From contig QPMI01000549.1 in NCBI GenBank assembly GCA_004431415.1, positions 1 to 64,000 on the forward strand: a DNA stretch of 64,000 nucleotides, read 5' to 3'. This document shows positions 50,313 through 62,412 of the stretch, in pieces. Origin of the DNA: Cyanophora paradoxa CCMP329. Taxonomy: Eukaryota > Plantae > Glaucophyta. The notes beneath the pieces were generated by a model. That model saw nothing but the letters and a program-made list of their open reading frames with translations. It ran no database searches and was not told where the DNA came from. A program made the translations under genes and the position numbers. Each line of letters begins with the position of its first letter. The stretch's first letter is position 1.

Positions 50313-51964
50313 TCACATCCCCGCGTGGGCGTTGAGCCAGGCGAGGCGGCAGAGGATGAGGAGGGCCCCCGCCATCCCCACGTAGAAGTACTTGTTCTGC
50401 TTGAACTGCCCGCCCCGCCCGTCAGGCCCGGGGGGGCGTGGGGTAGGGGGGCGGGGGCGCGCCTGCTGCCGGCGGTAGTTGCGGATGTCCTCCATGAACT
50501 TCTCCTCCTGGGGGGGGCGAGGTCGAGTTAGGGGGTACAGAGAGCAGAAGCATGGGAGAATTCGAACCTTCTCGCGGGCCTCGCGGATGCGCCGCTGCCG
50601 GTCGTCCTCCTCGTGCAGCGGCCTGGCGGGGGGAAGGGGGGGGGGGTGTTAGGGGTACAGAGGAAGCGCAAAGGGGTACGTAGAAAGGCGGGAGGGGGGT
50701 ACGCGCCTGCCCTCCTGGTACCGGATCCACTTCTCCTCGAGGCTGCTCAGGTCCGGGATGGTCGGGAACCTGTTGGGGCACGGGATTCAGGGGGCGGGGT
50801 ACGGAGAGCCGGCGCCGGGGCAACTCACTCTTGGTCCTCGACGGGCGGCGCGTCGAGGACCTGCAGGGCGCGTGAGGGGGAGGGGGTTGGAGCGCGAGGG
50901 GGGGTACGGCGCGCCTCGAGCAGCTGCATCGCGTACTGGCGGGTCTTGGCGGTGGGGTGCGCCGTGAGGATCCGGTACACCTGCCCGGGGCGGGGTACGC
51001 GATCGGATCCCGAGCGGGATACGCGGCGCCGGCGGGGGAGGGGGCGCGCCTTCTTCGCCTCGTCCGTCCTGCCGACGTTCTGGAGCCCCATCCCGAGCCA
51101 GAGGCTGTGCGCGCGCGCCGCGTCGGCCGCGTGGGCTCGGGTGGCGCCGCGGGGGCCAGGGTGGGGGGGCGCACCCGGCCTCGCCGCCGATGTCGGAGTT
51201 CTTCTTCACGAGCCGCAGCGCCTTCTTGCACGCCTCAATCGCCTCTGCCGCGCCGCCCCGGCCCGCGCTCGCTCGCGGCGGGGCGGGGCAGGGCGCGGCG
51301 GCTGGGGGCGATGCGGGCACCTTCGTATCGCGAGTACTCGAAGAGCAGCTGCGCCTGCCGCACGTGCTCCGACGCCTCTGCGCCCGGCCCCGCGTCGGCG
51401 CCGGCGGCGCGCGTGAGCGCCGCGCCCCGCGCCGCACCGGCGCGCTGGCGCTTGAGGATCTCGCGCTCCGCGTCCGTAATGCCGTACGTGGTCGTCGTGG
51501 ACGACTTCAGGTACCTGCGCGGCGCTCGGGGGACGCGGCGGAGGCGCGCGGCGGCGGGCGCACTCCGGCGTCGCCTGCGACTCGACGCCGCTGCTCCGGT
51601 CCGTCTTGTAATCCATGCTCTCCAGCTTCCGCTTCTGCTTCTCCGCCGACTGCGGCGACTGCGGCTGCTCCGCCTGCTCCGCGGCGACGAAGAACCGCGC
51701 CGGGCGCCCGTGTGTGCGGCCGGGGCCCGCCCGGGTCACCGCCGCGCGCCGCCGCAGCGGCTCTGAAGGCGCGCAGCGGAGACCGACGGCCGGAGCGACG
51801 TCGCACGCCGGCGCCGGCAGGGGCCTGTCGCACGCGGCGGCATGATGAGCGCGAGGCCGGGAGCGGCGGACAGGCGGAGAAGCCGATTTTGTCCTTGCGC
51901 ACCTGCTGCGGAGGCCGCCGCGCGCGGAGTGCGCCTGGAGGGCCACCGCGAAAGCCGCGTCCAT
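50313..51964 (-). CDS. Plastid-targeted TPR-like protein of the conserved cyanobacterial/plant type with a C-terminal TM helix
   Basis: Transit peptide MDAAFAVAL..; exons AQLLFEYSRYE|EAIEACKKAL..DIGGE|..LWLGMGLQNVGRTDEAKK|VYRILTAHPTAKTRQYAMQLLE|VLDAPP resemble the GGE-x2-W..HP..R.QA..L..L.AP signature (recalled, not searched). TM YFYVGMAGALLILCRLAWL. Confidence 0.7.
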
Positions 51965-52024
51965 CTTTTCTCTACCCACCGTCTCTGGGGGGTAGAGGCA
52001 CAGAAATTCGACCGGCAGCGGAGA
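51965..52024. promoter_or_regulatory. Putative 60-bp bidirectional promoter / overlapping 5' UTR interval
   Basis: Lies between divergent ATGs at 51964 (-) and 52025 (+), each starting a Phe-type transit peptide. Confidence 0.5.
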
Positions 52025-54588
52025 ATGAGCGGCGCGTTCGTGGGCAGCGCTCTCGCCCCCGGGGCCAATAGGAAGAACCCGCAGATCCAGGCCGCCGCCC
52101 TTCGTGCGTCGTCCTCGTCGGTGTTCGGCGCACGCTCTCTGCCTCGGCACACCCAGCGTCTCGCCTCCGCGGATGGCTCGAGCCGGCAAGTCTCTTTTGA
52201 GTACAGCGGCGGTCCGCGGGCCTCGCACGACATCGATACCGCCGAGGACATCGGAATCTGGGCCCTCGGCCTCACCGTCAAGTTTGTTGAGACCTTGACT
52301 GGCGCATCGTTGTTCGGCCTGCACGGCAAGCCTTCCAGCAAGTCCAGGGACGCCCCCGCGTCCGCGCCGGCCCAGCCCAAGCCGGTTGCTGCGGCGGCGC
52401 CCCCGGCGAAGCGGGAGGAGGCCGCTCAGAAGCCGGCCGCTCCTGCCGCGCCCAAGCAGGATGCCAAGCCCGCCGCTGACCCGAAGATCGAGGTGCGAAC
52501 TCCGGATCACACTCCACAGTGCCGTTGCCGGGTGACGGTTGAAGCGCTCACGGAGCGGCGCCGGCGCAGGATTTCCGCGAGAAGCTGAAGGCGCGCGTGG
52601 ATGTCGAGGAGGCGGTGCCGGACATCTCGCCCGAGTACCAGTTCGGGAAGGACGCGCCGAAGGCGGTCGCCGAAGCGGTGGCGAGCACGTTCAAGGACAT
52701 CTCGCGGGACGAGGCGGAGGCGATGGTCGAGCGCGGCATGGACAGCGCCGTGCAGCAGATCAAGTACCACAAGGAGCTCGCCCTCGAGGCGCTCCCGCTT
52801 CTTCTTCCTTCCTTTCCTTTTCCTTTTTGTGAGACCGGGGCGCAGGCGGAGAAGGCGGAGAAGAAGCTCGCCGAGGAGCAGGCCAAGGCTGCGGCAGAGG
52901 CGGAGTTGAAGGCCAAGGCGGCAGCCGAGGCGGCGAAGGCCAAGGCGGAGGCCGAAGCCAAGGCCAAGGCGGAGGTGGAGGCCAAGGCGGCAGCCGAGGC
53001 CAAGGCGGCAGCTGAGGCCAAGGCAGCAGCCGAGGCCAAGGCGGCAGCTGAGGCCAAGGCAGCAGCCGAGGCCAAGGCGGCAGCTGAGGCGAAGGCAGCG
53101 GCAGAGGCTAAAGCCAAGGCGGAGGCGGAGGCGAAGGCAGCGGAGGCCAAGGCGAAGGCGGAAGCAGAGGCCAAGGCCAAGGCAGAGGCCGAAGCGAAGG
53201 CGGCGGCTGAGAAGGCGGCGGCTGAGAAGGCGGCGGCTGAGAAGGCGGCGGCTGAGAAGGCGGCGGCTGAGAAGGCGGCGGCTGAGGCCAAGGCAGCGGC
53301 GGAGGCCAAGGCCAAGGCTGAGGCTGAAGCCAAGGCGGCTGCCGAGGTCAAGGCGAAGGCGGAGGCCGAAGCTAAGGCCAAGGCGGCAGCTGAGAAGGCG
53401 GCGGCTGAGGCCAAGGCCAAGGCGGAAGCGGAGGCGAAGGCGAAGGCGGCGGCGGCGGCAGCGAAGAAGGAGGAGGCGGCGACGCCGGAGGAGCTCGGGG
53501 GCATGGACGTCATGCGGCAGGCCCTCGAGGTGCGCCCGGGGGCGGGGCGGGGCGGGCCGCGCGCTTCGCGCCTCGGGCCCCCGACGGAGGGGCGGCGGGC
53601 AGGTGCGGGAGTCGCTGGAGAAGGGGCGGGAGGCGGTGGCGGGGGACATCCCTGGGCTCGCCGAGACCGGCCCCGGCGCCGCCAAGGGCACCGCTCCCGA
53701 GGCGCGCCCCGCCCCGCCTCGAGCGCCGCGGAGCGTGGCATCGAATCCAACGGGCGGGCGGGGGGCAGGTGCTGGAGGAGGTGGCGGGGGCGCTGCGGGG
53801 CGCCGTGAAGGAGGCCTTCCCCGACGCCGACGCCGCCAAGGCCCGCCCGCCCGCCCCGCCCCGCCTCCGGGGCTGACGCGCGGGGGCGGGGCCGCGGCGC
53901 AGGTGGCGGAGGCGGTCTCGCGGAAGCTGGAGGAGATGGAGGCCGGCGACAGCGAGCTCCAGGACCTCGTCGAGAAGGTGGGCGATCGCTCCCCCGCCCG
54001 AGCGGCGGGCCCGGGCCGGGCTCGCCTGAGCGCGCGGCACGCAGGCGCCCAAGGCCCAGGCCCCCGCCCCGCCCAAGGTTCCCTCTCTCTCGCCCCGCCC
54101 GGATCGCGCGCGCCCCTAACGGCGGACCCGCAGTCCGCGGCCCCCAAGCCCGCGGCGCAGGCCAAGGTGCCCCGTTCCCTCCTACAGTCCTCCCCTTTCT
54201 CTTTCCGCCCCGTCTAATGGCTCTGCAGCCCGCGGCCCCGGCGGCGCGCAAGCCCGAGCCGGCCAAGGCCGCGGCCCCGAAGGTACCGCCCTTCCCTCTC
54301 CTCTCCCCCCGCCACCTCGTCCGACCCCTCGTCCTTCCTCCCCGCCGCAGCCCGCCGCGTCCGCCACCGTCCAGGTCCCCCTCCCCTCCTCTCCCCTAGA
54401 ACTGCGCCGCCTCCGGCGGCTGAACCCCCGCGCAGGCGGCGGCGGCCGCGGTGCTCCCGCCGACGAAGACGCCGATGAAGTCGCTGGAGCAGAAGTTCCT
54501 CGAGAAGGAGATGGAGGAGGAGCGCCGCAGGAAGGAGAAGGCCGGCAAGAAGAGCAACGCCAAGCCCAAGGGCAAGAAGGGCTTCTAG
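52025..54588 (+). CDS. Plastid-targeted Ala/Lys/Glu-repeat (TolA-like low-complexity) coiled-coil protein
   Basis: Transit peptide MSGAFVGSALAPG..; ~200 aa of AEAKAA/AEKAA repeats (about 52846-53470); tail SLEQKFLEKEMEEERRRKEKAGKKSNAKPKGKKGF* with TAG at 54586-54588. Confidence 0.75.
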
Positions 54589-55049
54589 CCCGCCCCGCCC
54601 AGAACCCGCGATTTTGATTTTGTCCCGCCCGCCCGTTTTTGACGAGTTGTTTAGAAGACTTTTTCGACCTAGCTGTAGCTTTGCAGTTTCTTTCACTTTC
54701 AAGGTTCGATGGATTTGTGCCCCGTAAATCCCGTAGCGATGACAGCTTAGGCGTTGTAACTTTGTCGCGTGTTGTGCACTAATCGGTAGCGAGAGTGGCG
54801 TGTGTAAAGTTCGGATCTGCCCTATTGTCGCGGCGCCTTAGTGGTCTCTTCCCCGGCCCATCGTGCACGCGCACACTGCAACTTTGCAAATCAAACTTGC
54901 CTGACTCGGCATAAAGTTCGTCTCAAACACGACAGGTCTCGAGCTCTAGATCTACCTAGCTACATCGATATGCATGCTATGAACATCGCGGGGCCCCCGC
55001 GCCGCCGACAAGCGGAGCCCCTCGACACGGGCGCCGGGGGGCCGGGCCC

Positions 55050-55899
55050 CTACTCGGCGACGGGCCACCGGAGGAGCACGACGTACTTCTCCTCGCCGGG
55101 GTACTTCGCGTGCAGCTCCACGCACCCGGGCGAGCCCCCGAGGCCGCAGCCCGGGTAAAGCATCGCCCGCCCCTCCCAGAGCTCGGGCCCGGCGCCGCCC
55201 TGCCCGTTGGCCAGCGGCTGCCGCCCGCCGGCCGTCGCCACGGCCACCTCCGCCGCGCCCGGCGCCAGCAGCTTGAAGCCGTGCCACGCCCCGCCGGCCG
55301 CCCCGGCCCCCGCCCCCGCCTCCTCCGAATCGACCTCGCCCGAGTCGAACCGGATGCTGCCGGTCTGGAGGGCGCCCTCGGGCGGGGCCGGGGCGTCGAG
55401 GGCCCAGGCGCGCAGCGGGCCGCCCAGGGGCGCGTAGAGCAGCGCGCCGCGCCGGTGGAAGGCGGCGGTGGGCTCGGGGAAGGCGAAGGGGGCGCCGACG
55501 GCGCCCGAGGCGCGGACGCGGTAGTCCAGGGCCCACTCGCCGTCCGCGAAGACGCGGAGGACGTAGGCGCCCGGCCGCGGGAAGAGCGCCCGGATCGTGT
55601 GCTGCGTCCCCTCCCGCTGCGCGAAGCAGAGCGAGGCAGGGAGCGCCGTCGGCCCGCCCTGCGAGCCCTGCAGCCCTCCCGCCGGGCCCTGCACCGCCGG
55701 CACGGGCTCCGGCGGCGGCGGCGGCGCGGCCGGCGCCCCGCCGCCGCCGCCACCGACGGCGGCCGCGCGGCGGAGGGCGCCGGGGCGCCTGAGGCCGGCC
55801 TCGAGGCCGGTCGCGAGCGCTCGCCCTCGGCCGAGGAGCCCGGGGCCCCCGCCGCCTCCGCCTCCGCCTCCGCGCGGGCGGCCGCGGCCGCCGCCTCGG

Positions 55900-55930
<31 letters not shown>

Positions 55931-58900
55931 CTCGGCGGCGGCGGCCTCGCGGAAGGAATCGACGTCGACGAGGGCGGCCGAGAGGCGCGCCTCGGGCGGG
56001 GCCAGCAGGCTCACGATCACGCTCCGCCCCGCCGCGATCTCCGCCTGCGCCCCCGCGCGCGCGCCCCGATCAGAACGCGGAGCTTGGAGCAGGAGGGACA
56101 GGGCTGGGGCGGGCGGACCCCCGGGTGGGACCAGAGCTTGAGGCGGGCGCGCCAGAAGCCGGGCCGGAGGAGGGGCCCCGCCTCGTAGTCGGGGCGGGCG
56201 AGGGGCGGGGAGAGCATCTGCCACGTCGACTTGTCGGGGAAGTGGTCGAAGCGGAAGGTCGCCGCCGGCGTCAGGAAGTAGTGCGGCGCGAACTGCGCGG
56301 CCGCGTCGGACCGATCGTGTGGGCGGGGCGGGGCGGGGCCCTCGGACCTTGCGGACGGCGCGGCCGGCGGCGTCGATGTGGGAGGAGCCCCACATGCAGT
56401 CCACGAACCGCCACTTGCCCTCCAGCTTGATCTGCAGGGGCGAGGCGCGAGTGAGGGCCCGCCCCGATCCGAGCCGGGCCGCTTCGAGGCCGCGCACCGC
56501 GTTCCAGGAGTGCTTGCCCGTCTCCCGGCCCCGCGGCGCGGCGGCAGCGGCGGCCGCTGCCGCCGGGCCCGCTCCCGGTGCCGGCGTCGGGGCGCCGATG
56601 GCGGGGGCGGCGGCCGGCGCCGGCCCGTTTCTCCTCTCCCCGCCGGGCGTGTCGATGTACCTGCGACAAAACAAAAGCGTTTCCGCACAGCCCCTCAAAC
56701 GAAAGAAAGCGGGAGCTGCGCACCCGTAGCCGCAGGACTCGCCCTTGATCGTCGTGCACTCGACGCCCATGCCGCCGGCGAGGCGCTGGAAGATGGCGGC
56801 GTACCCCTCCGAGAGGGCCGTCCGCCGCTGGAACACCGCGTCCGCCGTCTGCTCCGGCGGGGGCCCCGCCGCGGGGGCCGACGCCGGGGGGGAGGAGGCG
56901 GGGCCCTCGACGGGCGCCAGGGGGTACGAGGCGGAGAGGGCCCTGAAATCGATGGAAATCTGCCCCCGGGCGCGAATCGATCAGCTCCCCCACTCCTGCC
57001 TTCCGCCCCCGCCCTGCCCTCGCGCACCTTGGTGGCGACCCAGCGGAAGGCGGCGCGGCCGCGCTCCGCCGCGTTCTTGCATGGGCCCATCAGGTACTGC
57101 CCCAGCGCGTCCAGGCTCTGCGGGGGTACACGGTTGGCCGTCTGAAAATAGATCGTGGCGGGTGGGGACGACGGACCCGCTCGGCGCGCGCGGGGATCTT
57201 GTCGACGTGTGCGTCGATGAGGGCGAAGCGCGCCGCCGTCGCCTCATCCACGCCGGCCTGCCGCGCGGCCGGTCAGCGACTTCGCAAGGGAGCGAGAGAG
57301 CAGAGCGCAGAGCGGACCGGGGGCGGGGCGGGGGCGGCCTCGCCCTCCTCGTCCTCGGCCACGTCCTCGAAGGCCGGCGGGGGCGGCTCCGCCGCCTCCG
57401 GCCCCGCCTCGGGCGGCTGCGGCCCCTCCTCCGGCGGCGCCGCGGGGGCCGCGGCCCGCTCTTCCGCCGCCGCCGCCTCATCCAACGCCTCCTGAGCATC
57501 CGACTCGGCGGGGAACGGCCTCGAATCCTCCTCCTCATCCGCCGCCGCCTCCTCCTCCCCGGGCGCCGGCTCGGCCTCGGGCTCCGGGGGCGCCTCGCGG
57601 GGCGCCAGGGAGGCGCGGAGGGTGGAGACGAGGGCGGCGGAGCGCGCGAAGGGCGCCGCGGCGGAGGAGCCGGCCGACCGCACCGACGCGATGGTCGACA
57701 CCATCGGCTTGCCCTGCGCGCGGCGTGAGCCCCAGCAGCGGGGCAGGGAACGCGGGGCGGCGCACGGAGATGTCGCGGGTGTCGGGGCGCGGGGCGTGGG
57801 CGAGCGGGGCGTGCGGGGGCGGCTTCTGCGGCTCCCCCAGCGCCAGCGTCGCGAAGGCCTGCGCCCCGGCCCGCTGGTACCGCTCCGCCTCCGGGGAGCC
57901 CAGGGGGTACAGGGCCCCGACGTCGTGCAGCAGGTCGACCACGAACTCCTCGAAGCGGGCGGGGTCGCCGTCCTCGCGGCCGCGCCCCGCGGGGATGCGG
58001 ACGACGTTCCAGCAGTGCTGTGCGTGGGCGCCCGCGAGGTGCTCGCTCCGCTCCAGCCGCACCAGCAGCGAGCCGGCCCCCGCCAGGCCCGGGTCCGGGC
58101 CCAGCCCGCCCCCGCCCCCGCCTCCGCCGCCGCCCCGGTCCCGCCGCCGCCGCCGCCGCCTTGGCCGCCTCAGCCGCCTTCGGGTCGGGCTTGGCCGGCT
58201 TGGCGGCGGGGTCCGGCGGGGGCGGCGCGGCCACGGCCGGCGCCGGCCCCGCCGTCAGCGGGGCCGGGCTCGTGGGCCCGAACAGGCGGTCCGCCAGGAC
58301 CTGTGCGCCAGGTCAGCCCGGGCGGGGTTCGCGCGCGTTTGGGGGGTACAGCGGACCTTGAAGAGGAAGGCGCGGTGGCGGGAGTGGCCGCGGGAGAGGG
58401 CGCCGATGGGGAGGACGTTGGACTTGACGAGGGCCTTGTAGCGTGGCGCCGCCTGGTCCACCTCCGCCAGGAGCGCCTCGTAGTCCTCGTACGCGCGCGC
58501 CCCGCCCAGCATCTCCGACACGAACCGCGCAACGCGGGTCACCCGCGCACGCGCCCCGGCCCCCGCGCCTTCCGGGGTCGGGATGGGCGTGGCCGGCATC
58601 GGGGGCGCCGGCGAGGGCGTGAGGCCGGCGGCGGCGGCGGCGGCGCCGCCGCCGGTGGAGGCGAGGGAGGCCTTGCGGTTGGCGGCGGGGTGGGCGCCGG
58701 CGCCGGCGGTGGAGGGGGTGGGGAGGGGCGGAGGGGGCCGGGTGGAGGGCCCCCGAGGCGGCCATGAGCGCCTCGCGCTCGGCGGCGCGCGTGGCGACGG
58801 CGAGCGCCGCCACGTACTGCTGCAGCCGCGGGTCCCGCCTCGAGTCCGCAAGCAGCACCTGCGCCGCCCGGCCCGCCCGGCTCAGCTCCGCTTCTAAGCG

Positions 58901-61900
58901 CGGGCGGGCGGGGGCGGGGGCGAGGGCGGGGTCGGGACCTCGGGGCCGGAGTCGACGGGGGCCTCGGCGAGGGCCTCGTAGGGGGCCCAGGGCCGGTCCG
59001 GCGTCAGGTCGTAGAACCCGTCCGAGGTCACCTGCGGGGCCGGCGGCGGCCTCAGCGCGTGCGCCCGGCGGACTTGGCGGGCGGGCGGGCGGGCTTGGCG
59101 GGCGGGCGGGCGGGCGCACGGCCTCGTAGGGGAGGCGGCCGCGGAGCCAGAGGGCGGCGCTCGGGTTCTGCCGCAGCAGCCGCCCCAGCGCCGTCCGCGC
59201 GAACTCCGTCAGCGGGCCCCCCTGCGAAGACGCGAAGGCTCAGAGGGAGTTCGATGAGAGGTTCGCCCGCCCTCCCTCCCGCGCACCTTCTTGGTGTGGC
59301 TCGCGTACTCGGCCATGAGCTCCAGCGCGCCGCTCCTGCACAGCTCCATCGCGCTCTCCGCTGCATGCCGGGCTCAGAGCGGGTCGGGGCGGGGCGGGGC
59401 GGGTGGAGGGCGGGGCGGACGGTCGCGGGACTGGGCGGCGAGGGCCATGCAGGCGGCGCGCTGCAGGGCCGCCCCGCCCGCCGGCTCCGCCAGCACCTCC
59501 ACCAGCCTGGAAGAGGGGAGGAGACGTCAGGGGCGGGCGAGCGGGCCCGCGGCCCGTGCAGCGCACTTGGGGACGCCGCCGGCGTCGCGGATGGCGGCGC
59601 GGGTCTCCGGGTCGTGGGCGAGGAGGCCGAGGGCCGCGAGGGCCGTCTCGGGGTCCCGCGAGAGGATCTCCAGCAGCGGCGGCACCGCCCCCTGCACCCG
59701 CATCTCCTCCCGGCACCGGTCTGCAAGGAAGGACGGACGGTGAGCGGGGAAGGAGCGGAAGAGGGGCGGGAGGGCGGCGCGCGGTCGTAGGCGGCGGTGG
59801 CGAGGGCCTGCGCCGCGCAGGCGACGACGGTGGGGTCCTCGTCCGCGAGGCGCGCCACCAGCGCCCCGATGCCCCCGCGCTCCAGCAGCTCCCCGCGCGA
59901 CCCGTCTGACGCGGCGGCGGAGGAGACGGGTGAGAAGGGGAAGAGGAGGGTGGGGGCGGGGCGGGGCCGTCGGGCGCACGGTCCTGGGCGCAGTTGAGGA
60001 TGGCGCCGACGGCGGCGCGGCGGAGGTCGAGGCCCGGGGCGGGGAGCAGCGCGAGGAGGCGCTCGAGGCCGCCGGCCGCCCGCACCGCCCGCCGCGACTC
60101 CGCCTCCTGCGCGCAGTTCGCCTGCGGCTCCGCCGTCAGACTCGGGGCGGCGCCCAGGGGAGGGGCGGGGCGGGGCGGACGAGGGCGACGCAGGCAACGG
60201 CCTTGACGTCGTCCGCCTCCTCCTCCGTGAGGAGGCCTACCAGCGCCGCCACCCCGCCCTTCGCACGCACCTCCGCCCGGCTCCCGCCTGCCCGGGGGGG
60301 AGGAGCGAGGGTCAGACGGGGGCCGCCGCGGGGCGGGGCGGGGCGGGGCGGGGCGGGGCGGGCGCGCCGTCGGCGAGGGTGAGGGTGGCGAGGAGGCGCG
60401 CCGCGTTGCGCCGCAGCTCGGCGCCCGCCTCGCCCTGCGGCGCCGCGCGGAGCGGCCGTGAGCGGAGAAGCGGGCGGGCGAAGCGGTGGGGCGGGCGGCC
60501 GGGCCGGGGGCACCTGCTCGGCGAGGAGGGCGAGGACGTGGGGGATGGCCCCCAGCTCCCGGATCCGCACCCGCGTCTCCGCTGCGGCGGAGGGCGCGTG
60601 GGCGTTGGCGGAGGAGGGCGCGGTGGAGGGGCCGGGGGCACCGTCCTCGGCGAGAGCGGCGAGCGCGAGCGCCGCCGTGCCCCGCGCCCCCGTCTCCCAC
60701 ACCGCCTTCCGCTCCTCGTCCGCCTTTGCCGCCGCCGCCGCCGCCGCCTCCGCCTCCGCCGCCGCCGCCGCCGCGGCCGCGGCCGCCTTGGCCGACTCGG
60801 CGTCGGCGGGCGTGCCGGGCTTGCCCTTCCCGTCGGCGGGCGTGCCGGGCTTGCCGCCCTTGGCGTCCTTCGCCCCGGTCGCCTTCGTCTGCCCCGCCAG
60901 CGCCGCCACGGGCTCCTTCAGCTGCGCCATCGGCGGGGCCGCTGCCGCCGCCGCCGCCGCCGCCGCCGCCTTCGCCGCCGCCGCGAGCTTGGCCGCCTCA
61001 GCCGGGGGCAGGGGCGGCGGGGGCGGCTGGGAGGGCGCGTCGGGGGCCGGCTTGCCGCTGTGCGCCAGCACGGAGACGACGACCTCGACGCCGCCGACGG
61101 CGCGGACATCGGCCCGGTTGCGGTAGTCCAGGCAGGCCGCCGCCAGGCAGCGCAGCGCCTTGGCCCGCACCTCGGGGTCCGTCTCCTTGTACGAGGCGCG
61201 GCGCACGAGCGTCGCGATGAAGCCGCGCTGCCGCAGCTCCGTGCGCGCCTCGCCGCCGGCCGGCCCGTCCGCCGCGTGCGCCAGCGCCAGCATCGCGTCC
61301 GCCTGCAGCTGCCGGTCCCCGTACAGCTCCGACGCCATGTCCATGAGCGGCTGCAGCCCGCCCCGCTTCCTCACCCCGTCCGCCACTTGCGCTGCGGGCG
61401 CGGGGCCTCACGCCGGCGCCGGTGCCGCGGGGCGGGGCGGGGCGGGGGCGCCGCCGCACCGTCGAGGAAGCCGTGCATGGCGATGGCGACGACGCCCCGC
61501 GTCAGCGCGTACAGCGCGTCGTCCGCGGGCGGCTCCGCGAGGTAGCCGGCCAGGTACTCCACCACGGACTTCGCGCGGAAGTCCGGCCGCGACTCCGCTG
61601 CGGGGCGCGCGTCAGGCACCCGCACGCGCGCTGCGCCCGCCGCTCCCCGCCCCCCCGCACCGTCCGCGGCCAGGACCATCAGGTGCTGAGCCGCCTCGAG
61701 CGCCGGGGCGGGCTCGGCGGCTGTCGCCTTCTTCACGGTTTCGATCGCAGCGCTAACGCCGACCGCCCGCGCCGCCAGAAGCAGCTCCTCTGCGCGGGGC
61801 GTGGGCGGGCGCGAGGGCACTCCGGCGCATCGCCCGTGCGCACCCTCCGAGTTCTTCTTCTCATTCTTGGCTCCCTTACCACCCTTGGCATCCTTCCCTT

Positions 61901-62036
61901 TCGCGTCCTTACCCGCGTCCTTGCCCTGCGGGGCACGCGGCGATAGGGGCGCGCCGGTGTGAGCCGCGAGCGTGCCGGGCCGGTGCAAACGCTCCGAACA
62001 CCGCAGGCTCACCTTATCCGCCGCCTTGGGCGGCAT
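55050..62036 (-). CDS. ARMC3-like protein (armadillo repeats + EDR1-like domain) fused to a KY/hillarin/Cyk3-type transglutaminase-like domain and a C-terminal beta-rich region
   Basis: Start MPPKAADK; ARM-type repeats (VRAVGGVEVVVSVL, IRELGAIPHVLALL, VRAKGGVAALVGLL); EDR1-like DGFYD..SNVLPIGALSRGHSRHRAFLFK|VLAD..HCWNVV..VVDLLHDVGALY; then RAAFRWVATK|I..ALSEGYAAIFQRL..G..HSWNA|IKLEGKWRFVDCMWG..HYFLTP..DHFP...WQML. Linker exons splice in frame. Confidence 0.8.
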
Positions 62037-62412
62037 CTGGGCTGTAGCTATGCCGGCTCGGGGGCCGGCTTCGTCTGCCCTAAGTTCGTCTTTGGTGTGT
62101 ACCCGTCTCACAGCTCAACCCCCCAAACCTAACGCCGCACCAGGTGCTCCAGGAGCGCCGCATCCAGCGCAAAGACGTTCTATTCAACAAACTAGACGCA
62201 CACGCACGAGCCTTTGCGCAGCCAGTGCACCTTCGTCGACATCGGTCCTCGCACCGGCCGAGCTGGGATTAGCCATTCAGGCGGCTTCCGGAGGCCGAGA
62301 GAGCCCTTCCCTGAGCTTTCCGAGCGGAACCGAGGCAGCGGTGTGCTTAGCTAGAGCCCCAGAAATGAGGTAGCGCACTCGGCCAGCTGCAAGCGTTGCA
62401 AAGCGGTGAGAT

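Noticed and set aside
52846-53470. Annotation as true tolA or bacterial contamination
   Set aside because: The gene has spliceosomal introns and a transit peptide; there is no TolA C-terminal domain and no tolQRB neighbours.
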